This document shows positions 40,187-48,255 of a stretch of DNA of 64,000 nucleotides, one piece after another (position 1 is the first letter of the stretch; every line of letters starts with the position of its first letter). This stretch comes from Trueperaceae bacterium (lineage in GTDB: Bacteria > Deinococcota > Deinococci > Deinococcales > Trueperaceae): positions 2,880,001 to 2,944,000 of the forward strand of contig OZ243927.1 in the NCBI GenBank assembly GCA_965213925.1. The letters run 5' to 3'. Below the pieces are notes generated by a model that did not search any database, was not told the origin of the DNA, and worked only from the letters and a program-made list of their open reading frames with translations. The position numbers were made by a program, and so were the translations under genes.

Positions 40187-40330
40187 CTGAGCACGCCCAA
40201 GCGAAGTGCGGTAGAGCCTGAATATATTACGGACCATAAAGGTCGCAAGACCAGGGTCGTTTTGCCTATCGAGGTGTTCGAGGAACTCCTCGAAGACCTG
40301 CTTGACCTCTCAGTTACAGCAGGAGATTTT
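40187..40330 (+). pseudogene. Antitoxin remnant (ATG changed to CTG, no toxin partner)
   Basis: LSTPKRSAVEPEYITDHKGRKTRVVLPIEVFEELLEDLLDL, homologous to the 35539 and 39470 proteins. Confidence 0.75.
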
Positions 40331-40514
40331 GGAGCGAGCACAAGAGGTCAAGGCGCGGTTGGAAAGAGGAGGGCTACAAGCTATTTCGGCTCAGAGCGTT
40401 TGGAACGGCTCGAGCAAAAACTCGCCGCGCTCTATAACTCGAGCCGTATTCCTCAATACGTTTTTTCTTCCTCCCTGACGCTAAGGTACAAAAGACAAAC
40501 TAAAAGGAGGAAGT

Positions 40515-41495
40515 ATGTTTAACACGAAGACAGACGCGAAACGGTCCTTGTCCCGCCGGAAGCTCCTCAAAGGATTAGGCGCAGGTGCCATCGGCGTAAG
40601 CCTCGGTCATTTGAGCGTCGTGCGCGCGCAAGATACGGGCGGCTCGCAGACGGGTGGCGCGGCTGGAACCTCTAGCCCCTCTCTCCCCCTCGCTCTGCAA
40701 CGCTTCGACCTCGGCGACACCCGAGTTACTGTGTTCCAGGAGGCTGTTCTGGAGTTGCAGCCGTCGATGCTGGGTGCAGGCGGCGGCGCGTCCGAAGGTG
40801 CGGTCAGCGACCTCTTGAGTCAGTACAACTTGCCCACCGACGTGGTCCGCGCGACAGCCAACGTGATGCTTCTGGATAGGGGCGGCGAGCGCATCCTCAT
40901 CGATACGGGCACGGGGCAGAACCTCGTCCCGACCTTGGAGGCTATCGGCGTGTCGCCTAGTGACATTAACTATGTAATTATCTCGCACTATCACGGCGAC
41001 CACATCTCGGGCATGTCAAGTGACGGCGCGTTGACTTTCCCGAACGCTATGCACTATATCTCGCAGGCGGAGTGGGATTTTTTGCAGGGCGCACCCGCAG
41101 ATAACGACGGCGCACAAACCGCGTTGGACAAACTACAACCCGCGGTAGACGCGGACCAGCTCTCCCGCTTCGGCGGTGGCGACGAGGTCGTGAGCGGCGT
41201 GCAGGCGGTAGAGGCGTTCGGTCACACGCCGGGGCACATGAATTTCCTCATTAGCTCAGGCGATGAAAGCGTTTTACACATCGCCGACACCGCTGTCCAC
41301 GCGCTCGTGTCGCCCCTACACCCCGACTGGGCGTTCGCCTTCGACGGCGATTCCGAGAGAGCCGCTGAGACACGCCGTGAGATTTTGAACCGAGCCTCGA
41401 GCGAAGGCACGCGCATCTTTGCCTACCACTTCGCCTTTCCCGGTCTGGGCTACATTGCGCAAGAGGGCGAGGAATTCAGGTTCACGCCCGCGTAA
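40515..41495 (+). CDS. Tat-exported metallo-beta-lactamase-fold hydrolase
   Basis: SRRKLLK signal; SHYHGDH, GHTPGH, YHF. Confidence 0.9.
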   Translation: MFNTKTDAKRSLSRRKLLKGLGAGAIGVSLGHLSVVRAQDTGGSQTGGAAGTSSPSLPLALQRFDLGDTRVTVFQEAVLELQPSMLGAGGGASEGAVSDLLSQYNLPTDVVRATANVMLLDRGGERILIDTGTGQNLVPTLEAIGVSPSDINYVIISHYHGDHISGMSSDGALTFPNAMHYISQAEWDFLQGAPADNDGAQTALDKLQPAVDADQLSRFGGGDEVVSGVQAVEAFGHTPGHMNFLISSGDESVLHIADTAVHALVSPLHPDWAFAFDGDSERAAETRREILNRASSEGTRIFAYHFAFPGLGYIAQEGEEFRFTPA

Positions 41496-41506
41496 GGGCG
41501 GTTATC

Positions 41507-41559
41507 AGTAGTCAGAATTCAGTAGTCAGCTCAAAAGACGCTAATGAATTCTGACTACT
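41507..41559. repeat. Intergenic inverted repeat (REP-like/terminator)
   Basis: AGTAGTCAGAATTCA / TGAATTCTGACTACT perfect 15-bp arms. Confidence 0.6.
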
Positions 41560-41631
41560 ATCTACTGACTTCTATTTTCTCAGTGAGCGTTTCACCAGAA
41601 CAATGGCGCTGCCCTGCTACGATAGCCTCTC

Positions 41632-42741
41632 ATGGACGCGCTACGGGCTTTTCTCTCCCTTTCGTTTACCCCTGGTTTGGGTCCACGCAAAATCAAGGTG
41701 CTCACGGAACACTTTGGCGGCGCAGTGGCAGTTTGGGAGGCGGAACCAGAGGCGCTGCGAGAGGTCGAGGGCGTTGGTCCTAAGCTGATTCAGTCACTTT
41801 TGAAGGCGAGAGACTCAGCAAAAATCAGCGAAGAGGTCGAGAAAGAGTTGGAGCGCGCGGAACGCTCGAACGTTGCGCTGCTGCACCTCGAGCACCCCGC
41901 CTACCCCGAACCTTTACGAAACGTCTACGACCCGCCCCCTCTCATCTATGTGCGCGGCACCTTGCCGAAGGTGCTCGCGCAGAATAAAGCCGTCGGTATT
42001 GTCGGCACGAGGAACGCGAGTCAATACGCGCTTCATCTTAGTTTGAACGTTAGCAAAGAGTTGGCCCTGGCAGGCGTCGCCGTCGTCTCCGGCTTAGCGC
42101 TCGGCGTGGACAGCGCCGCGCATAAGGGCGCAGTGCAGACTGAAAACGGGCAGACCGTCGCAGTGCTGGGTTCCGGCGTGGACGTCATCTATCCGCGTCA
42201 AAATCAGCGTTTAGCCGAAGAGATTTTAGAGGGTCACGGCGCAGTGGTGAGCGAATACCGAATCGGCAGCGGTCCGCGTGCCACGAACTTTCCGGCGAGA
42301 AATAGAATTATCAATGGACTTTCAAAAGGTGTTTTGGTTGTAGAGGGCGGGCTTAAATCGGGCGCACTCATTACAGCAGAGTTTGCGCTCGAGGAAGGGC
42401 GCTCGGTTTTCGCCATACCCGGCAGAGTTGGCGACAGTAAAGCCGAGGGAACTTTGGCGCTCCTCAAACAAGGCGCAGTGATGGTGCAGAGCGCCGCCGA
42501 CCTCTTACGAGAGTTCGGCTGGCGCGAAGCGGGTGCGAAAAACGCTGTTTCGCTGACCTCTTTAGAGGAGCCGGGGCGCAGCCTCGTTCAAACGATTCAA
42601 GAGCGCGGTTCTCCCCTACTCGATGATCTAATAAGCGCAACGGGTAAAACGACCGCCGACCTCTTGCCGACGCTGATGCTTTTAGAACTCCAAGGCGTCG
42701 TGAAGCAGCTTCCTGGCGGCAGGTACATCAGCTTGATTTGA
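41632..42741 (+). CDS. dprA: DNA-processing protein DprA
   Basis: DPPP, IVGTR, VSGLALGVD, FPARNRII, SGALITA, C-terminal LELQG. Confidence 0.95.
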   Translation: MDALRAFLSLSFTPGLGPRKIKVLTEHFGGAVAVWEAEPEALREVEGVGPKLIQSLLKARDSAKISEEVEKELERAERSNVALLHLEHPAYPEPLRNVYDPPPLIYVRGTLPKVLAQNKAVGIVGTRNASQYALHLSLNVSKELALAGVAVVSGLALGVDSAAHKGAVQTENGQTVAVLGSGVDVIYPRQNQRLAEEILEGHGAVVSEYRIGSGPRATNFPARNRIINGLSKGVLVVEGGLKSGALITAEFALEEGRSVFAIPGRVGDSKAEGTLALLKQGAVMVQSAADLLREFGWREAGAKNAVSLTSLEEPGRSLVQTIQERGSPLLDDLISATGKTTADLLPTLMLLELQGVVKQLPGGRYISLI

Positions 42742-42857
42742 GGATACGCTACACTAAAGTCACTACAGAAACGCTCTTCGCGACTTGATCTATACTTGCT
42801 AGACCTTTTAATTGAAAGAGACGATGCAGCGTGCGAAGAGGTTGAGAGGCGAACGTT

Positions 42858-42885
42858 GTAGGGGTGGGTTTCAAACCCACCCCAC
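42858..42885. repeat. GTAG-type REP palindrome
   Basis: GTAGGGGTGGGTTT-C-AAACCCACCCC between convergent genes. Confidence 0.6.
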
Positions 42886-42942
42886 CCGTTTTTCATATGT
42901 CGCGCACTCTATCTTGGAAGCACATGACAACACGGTCTAGTC

Positions 42943-44775
42943 TCAAAGAGTGTGAAGGACGAGACTCGAGTATTGAGGTAAGCGTAGCTCGAGCGTTCCT
43001 TTTTCAGTTTCAACCTCTTGCTTATCGAGTAGAGAGGTCAACGTCGCGCTATCCAAACCCAACTTCCACACAGGCAACGCCACCTCGACCTCTTCGCCTC
43101 GGTTCACCGCCGCGATGACGACATCCTCGCCCAAGACCCTCGCAAACGCATACACGTCACCTCTTGCGTAAAGCGTCACCAACGCGCCCTGCTGCAAGAC
43201 TCTATGCTCTTTCCGAAAGGCAATAAGGGTTTGACAGTGACCTCTTAGGTCTTCGTCCCACTGACCTTCATCCCAAGGGAAGGTGCGGCGGCAGTCTGGA
43301 TCACGACCACCCTCGACGCCAACCTCGTCACCATAGTAAACACACGGCACACCGATATAAGTAAAGAGTAGCGTCACCGCCGCTTTCATGAGACCCTTGT
43401 CGCCCTTCACTTGCGTTAAAAAGCGCGGCGTGTCGTGCGAGCCTAAGAGGTTGAACTGCGAGAGCTGAATCTCGAAGGGGAGGCGAGCGCGGGAGCGGGT
43501 CATGACCTTGTCTAATGTCTGCGCGTCGACTTTGACCGGATGACCCTTGTGGTCGGTTTCGGCGAAGAACGCCCAGAGCGGGCGGGCGAAGCCGTCGTAG
43601 TTCATCGCGGCGTCCTCTTGGTCGCCTTGCAGCCACTTCGTCGCTTCGTAGAAGTGTTCACCTAACACGTATGCTTCGGAGTTCTCTTCGCGCAACGTCT
43701 GGCGGAAATGGCGCACGTATTCGGCATTTTTCGCCGCGCCGGAGCCCTCGCCCAACATGTGCAGCACGTCGAAGCGCCAGCCGTCGATTTCGTAAGGCGG
43801 TTTGAGCCAGTAGCGCAACACGGCGTCGTCGGCTTCGTAGATGCGCTCGCGCAGTTCAGGGGCGCTGTAGTCGAGCGTGGGGAGCGTTTTAACGCCGATC
43901 CAACCGTGATACGACTCGGGGTCGTCTTCGTCGTAAAAGGTGTAGAAGTTTCGCGTCTGCGCCTCTTTCGAGCCGTACGCGCCCGCCTCTTCGTATTCGT
44001 CGTAACGGTCGAACCAGGGGTGACGTTCGGAGGTGTGGTTGATGACAGCGTCTAGGATGACGCGCATGTCGCGCTCTTTCAGCTCGGAGCAGAGTTCGGC
44101 AAACTCTTCGTTCGTACCGAAGTGCGGGTCCACGTTGAGATAGTCCACGGTGTCGTACTTGTGTGACGAAGGTGAAACGAAGATAGGGTTCAAGTAGAGC
44201 GCCGTGACGCCCAAATCCTCCAAGTAAGGCAACTTCTGACGAATACCCGCTAGGTCGCCACCATAGAACTCACGCGGTCCCTGTGAACGTTCGGGCAGTT
44301 CGCCCCATTCCTTCGCGACGACGGGCTCGCCTTCGTAGAGGTATTCGCCGTCCGTGACGTTGTTGCTGGGGTCGCCGTCAGAAAAGCGCTCGGGGAAAAT
44401 CTGGTAGAAGACCGACGACCAGACCCAGCGGGCGGGCTCATACGCCGGATTAAGACGAAAGTGCACGTCGCGCTCGGGGAAGTACGGTGAGACGCCATCT
44501 TGCGCGAGCCAGAATTGCCGTCCGTCCACGATGAACTTAAAGGCGTAGAGCGTGAGCTGTTCCGCTGGGTTGAGACGCAGTTCGCCCTCGTAAAAGGTCC
44601 ATGCGCCCTCCTTTTTCTGCAAGTTAAGCGGGCTCAAAAATTCTTCATTGTCGGGCTCGCTGCGTACCCAAGCGGACTCAATGGTGAGGTTGCGCGGAAC
44701 TTGGAGGGTGACGCGCCACTTCTCATTTTGCTCCGTGAGACCTTCGGCGGGGGAGTGAAAGGCGAAAATGTCCAT
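42943..44775 (-). CDS. malZ: Maltodextrin glucosidase (GH13)
   Basis: FYQIFPERF, YGGDLAG, DAVINH, GWRFDV, GEH, LGSHD; start probably the ATG at 44775. Confidence 0.88.
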   Translation of the reverse strand: MDIFAFHSPAEGLTEQNEKWRVTLQVPRNLTIESAWVRSEPDNEEFLSPLNLQKKEGAWTFYEGELRLNPAEQLTLYAFKFIVDGRQFWLAQDGVSPYFPERDVHFRLNPAYEPARWVWSSVFYQIFPERFSDGDPSNNVTDGEYLYEGEPVVAKEWGELPERSQGPREFYGGDLAGIRQKLPYLEDLGVTALYLNPIFVSPSSHKYDTVDYLNVDPHFGTNEEFAELCSELKERDMRVILDAVINHTSERHPWFDRYDEYEEAGAYGSKEAQTRNFYTFYDEDDPESYHGWIGVKTLPTLDYSAPELRERIYEADDAVLRYWLKPPYEIDGWRFDVLHMLGEGSGAAKNAEYVRHFRQTLREENSEAYVLGEHFYEATKWLQGDQEDAAMNYDGFARPLWAFFAETDHKGHPVKVDAQTLDKVMTRSRARLPFEIQLSQFNLLGSHDTPRFLTQVKGDKGLMKAAVTLLFTYIGVPCVYYGDEVGVEGGRDPDCRRTFPWDEGQWDEDLRGHCQTLIAFRKEHRVLQQGALVTLYARGDVYAFARVLGEDVVIAAVNRGEEVEVALPVWKLGLDSATLTSLLDKQEVETEKGTLELRLPQYSSLVLHTL

Positions 44776-45123
44776 GCGGGTTAAGCTAACACACCTAGAA
44801 GCGCGAGCGTGAAAGGGAACTGAAAGAAGTGTGAAGCCGAAGCTTCCCAGCAACCCATGTGAAAGGCTGGACAACCTATCTGGGGCACGGTAAACTGCGC
44901 GTAGCAACACAGCTCGAGAGTCGTCTCAGTACACAGGTTCGCTGATTCGTAGAGCGCTCTGATGTAGCGCTGTAACAGTTTGCGGCTTTTTGAATGGGAC
45001 TCGAGGCAGAAAAACGATTCGTACAGATTTGGATACTTCTTTATACACGAAGTATCGGACCTGTCGGACACAGCTTAAACCAGGTAAACCAAAGAAAGAC
45101 CACGCTTTAAGAAAGGACGTTAG

Positions 45124-46311
45124 ATGAACAAACTTTTAGCACTTCTCCTCACCGCTTCTCTCATGTTGGGCGGAGCGTTCGCGCAGCAGCCCGTCACCGT
45201 CTGGACGCACTTGGGGAACACCGACCTCGAGTGGCTTCAAGGTCAAGCCGCCTCCTTCGAGGAGAATTTCGGCGTGCCCGTGCAGATTACCCGCATCGAC
45301 TTAGGCGAAATTAAACAGAAGATGCTCCTCTCCGCCCCTGAGGGCGAAGCAGCGGACTTGGTCGGACCCATTCCCCATGACCAAATCGGCGAGATGGCGG
45401 CGGGCGGCGTTCTAGCCGACATGAGCCAGTTCTCCACCGAGCAGTACCGCGAAGACCTCTCGGAGCAGGCGCTCTTAGCCTTTACCTTCAACAACCGCCT
45501 CTTCGGGCTGCCCATGTACGTCGAGGGTCCCGCGCTCATCGTCAACACCGACCTCGTCTCGGAGATGCCCCAAAACTTCGAGGACTTCGTCAGCCAAGCG
45601 GAGAGTTTGACGGGTGAGGGTAACTTCGGCTTTCTCTACGACATCGAGGACTTCTACTTCTCGTACGTCTGGATCAACAGCTTAGGCGGCTACGTCTTTG
45701 ACCGCACCGAAGAGGGCGACTTGGAACCCAGCGATTTAGGACTCGCCAACGAAGGCGCAGTCGAAGGCGCGACGCTCATGCGCTCCTTTCAGCATGAGTA
45801 CGGTCTCATTCCTGCCGACACGGAACTCGAGGTTGCCGAAGGTCTCTTTTTCGACGGCAAAGCCGCAATGATTTACGACGGTCCCTGGATGATCTCGAAC
45901 GTCCCCGATAACGTGCCGATTCAGGTCATGCCGATTCCTGCGATGGCGGACGGCACCGAATTCAACGGCTTCATGGGCGTGCAAGGCATCCTGATGAACG
46001 AATTTAGCCAGAACAAAACCACGGCTGCAAATTTCGCCAAGTGGGTTACGCGCCCCGAAGCGCAGATCGACCTCGCGAACCGTAGCGGGCGCATCCCCTC
46101 GTCCCAAGCGGCTGCCGAGCAGGTTTCGGACGACCCCGTGATCGCCGGCTTTGCCGAAGCGCTAGCGAACGCCGTGCCGATGCCCAACATCCCCGAAATG
46201 GGCAACGTCTGGGAGCCGATGGCGTCTGCGCTGTCCGTTATTTTAGAGAGCCCGGACAGCAACGTCGAAGCGGCGCTCAACAACGCGGTTAGCGAAATTC
46301 AGGGGAACTAA
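45124..46311 (+). CDS. malE: Maltose/maltodextrin ABC substrate-binding protein
   Basis: Signal peptide, PHDQIG, GPW, PMPNIPEMGNVW. Confidence 0.88.
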   Translation: MNKLLALLLTASLMLGGAFAQQPVTVWTHLGNTDLEWLQGQAASFEENFGVPVQITRIDLGEIKQKMLLSAPEGEAADLVGPIPHDQIGEMAAGGVLADMSQFSTEQYREDLSEQALLAFTFNNRLFGLPMYVEGPALIVNTDLVSEMPQNFEDFVSQAESLTGEGNFGFLYDIEDFYFSYVWINSLGGYVFDRTEEGDLEPSDLGLANEGAVEGATLMRSFQHEYGLIPADTELEVAEGLFFDGKAAMIYDGPWMISNVPDNVPIQVMPIPAMADGTEFNGFMGVQGILMNEFSQNKTTAANFAKWVTRPEAQIDLANRSGRIPSSQAAAEQVSDDPVIAGFAEALANAVPMPNIPEMGNVWEPMASALSVILESPDSNVEAALNNAVSEIQGN

Positions 46312-46333
46312 AGCTGAAGAGCATCGCTGTTTG

Positions 46334-46361
46334 CGCCAGGAGTTAAACTCCTGGCGTTTTT
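46334..46361 (+). terminator. Terminator/stabilising hairpin after malE
   Basis: CGCCAGGAG-ttaaa-CTCCTGGCG followed by TTTTT. Confidence 0.75.
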
Positions 46362-46477
46362 GTTAGACCTCTAAACGTACGGTATTTCTAAAAGATGAGA
46401 TAGAAGCGTTCCCTATTCTGCCTCGAGCAGTCGTTAGGCAAAACGCTCAACACAGCGTTAAATAAGTAATAAGCCGT

Positions 46478-46581
46478 GTCATTCTGAACGGAGCGATAGC
46501 GGAGTGAAAGAATCTCTGACCTTGCTGACTCCTCTTACTGAGATTGAAAGGCGAGACCCTTCAACAAGCTCAGGGTGACAA
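46478..46581. repeat. Palindromic REP/MITE-like element (inverted copy of the 34200-34390 family)
   Basis: GTCATTCTGAACG...GTGAAAGAATCTC...GAGACCC...CTCAGGGTGAC. Confidence 0.7.
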
Positions 46582-46635
46582 CAGTATTGCAGAGTTTAGC
46601 TGACAGAATACTTCATGCAAAAGAGAGGAGTCTAC

Positions 46636-48255
46636 ATGGATATATCCCGCTCAATCAGCGACTTCTTGCCTAAGAAGTCGAGTAGCGTACAGGCGGGCTT
46701 ATGGCTCTCGCTGGCGCTGCTTACGCTCGCGATTACGGTAGGCATCTTAGGGGGCTTCGCGGGCTACTGGCTCTTGCAGCTTGTCGTGCCGGACGCACCC
46801 GTTTACACAAGCCTCGTTTTTGGCATCGTCACGCTCGTCTTAGCGCTTATCTTTATCGCGCAGCGCTTCGAGTGGATCATGCCTTGGTACTATCTGCTGC
46901 CCGCGATTTTATTTTTGCTGACGTTTACCTTTTTTCCGGTAATTCTCACGGTTGTTTTGGCGTTCACGGACTACGCGGGGGTGCGTAACGGGCAACTCAA
47001 TGTCTCTTCGACGTCAAATATTGCGAATGTCGAGGGCGACACGCTGACGCTCGAGAACCCCCGCGCCTTTAACTGCGGCGCGTTGCGAAACGGCTGTTCG
47101 GACGTGCGGGCAATCGTCTACGCCTCTGGTTCATTAGAGGTCGCGGGCTCGAGCTTAGAGGGCGAGACGCTCAGCCTGGAGTCCGAGATACCCGAAGATC
47201 GAGAAGTCAGAACGGCGACCTTTAGCGTGCAGGGGTTTCCTTTGGAGGTGACGGTGAGTAGCGCCGAGGGCGACACCCTGACCTTACAGGACATCCCTCC
47301 GATTCTCGCTAACGCCTCGCCTGACGCCGTGGACCTCAGCAGTGTGCGCCTCGCGCTCGACCGCACGGGCATCACACGCATGATGACAGGTAACGATGAA
47401 AACTCTGTCACCCTCGCCGAACCGCTGCCCGAGGGTTTAGCGCCCGAGTCCATCGCCCGCTTCAACGACTTCGGTTACGTCGGATGGAGCAACTTTCGTA
47501 CGATTTTAAGGCGAGCGAGCAGCACGCTCCTCCCTGTGTTCACCTGGAACGTCGCCTTCGCAACCTTGACCATGATCATCAACATCGCCGTTGGCGTCTT
47601 TTTGGCGGTACTCTTGAACAATCCCGAATTGCGCTTTCGCAACCTCTACCGCACGCTGCTCATTATTCCCTGGGCGCTGCCGCAAATCATCACGATCCAG
47701 GTGTGGAAGGGCTTTTTGAACACGAACTTTGGCGCAATCAACCGGAGCTTGGCGCTCTTGGATTTGCCCACCTTCAACTGGCTAGACGACCCGTACGGCG
47801 CAAAAGCGGCGATTCTTCTGGTCAACTTGTGGCTCGGCTTTCCCTTCATGATGACGGCGACGCTGGGCGCACTCTCCGCGATTCCCGGCGACCTCTACGA
47901 AGCCGCGAAGATCGACGGCGCGAATGCGTGGCGGCGCTTCACGGGCGTGACTGCGCCGCTTCTGCGCACCGCGCTCGTGCCGATTGCCTTGACGGGTTTC
48001 GCCTTTAACTTCAACAACTTCAACATCATCTACTTGCTCACCGACGGCGGTCCCTTCGTGGAGGGGTACACGTCTACGGCACGCTCTACGGACATCCTTA
48101 TCACTTGGGCGTACAACGAAGCGTTCCGGGCGCAAGGGGGCTACGCTTACGGGCTCGGCTCCGCCATCTCGCTGCTGATTTTCTTTATCACCATCGCGGT
48201 CAGCCTGGTGAATTTCCGCGTGACGGGCGCACTCGACGAGGAGACGAACGCATGA
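46636..48255 (+). CDS. malF: Maltose ABC permease with a large extracytoplasmic loop
   Basis: LLIIPWALP, NLWLGFPF, EAAKIDGA, FAFNFNNF. Confidence 0.85.
   Translation: MDISRSISDFLPKKSSSVQAGLWLSLALLTLAITVGILGGFAGYWLLQLVVPDAPVYTSLVFGIVTLVLALIFIAQRFEWIMPWYYLLPAILFLLTFTFFPVILTVVLAFTDYAGVRNGQLNVSSTSNIANVEGDTLTLENPRAFNCGALRNGCSDVRAIVYASGSLEVAGSSLEGETLSLESEIPEDREVRTATFSVQGFPLEVTVSSAEGDTLTLQDIPPILANASPDAVDLSSVRLALDRTGITRMMTGNDENSVTLAEPLPEGLAPESIARFNDFGYVGWSNFRTILRRASSTLLPVFTWNVAFATLTMIINIAVGVFLAVLLNNPELRFRNLYRTLLIIPWALPQIITIQVWKGFLNTNFGAINRSLALLDLPTFNWLDDPYGAKAAILLVNLWLGFPFMMTATLGALSAIPGDLYEAAKIDGANAWRRFTGVTAPLLRTALVPIALTGFAFNFNNFNIIYLLTDGGPFVEGYTSTARSTDILITWAYNEAFRAQGGYAYGLGSAISLLIFFITIAVSLVNFRVTGALDEETNA

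Larger units (their letters stand above)
35458..40222 (+). repeat. Array of 7 interspersed direct repeats (cores at 35476, 36010, 36682, 37750, 38503, 39401, 40118) delimiting TA cassettes
   Basis: Consensus CCAGGCGGCTTCTTTAGCCGTCTTTTTCTTTGGCTTTTAGCCGCTAC..GCGTGCTATCCTAAGCGTATGAGCAC; copy 1 is shorter. Confidence 0.95.

Noticed and set aside
35458..40222. CRISPR array or classical integron attC array
   Set aside because: The intervals are 0.5-1.1 kb and contain whole genes, there are no cas genes, and I see no RYYYAAC...GTTRRRY ends or neighbouring intI.
40262..40522. 86-aa ORF as an intact gene
   Set aside because: Only the first ~20 codons match the antitoxin family; the true start is mutated and the rest looks like read-through into unrelated sequence.
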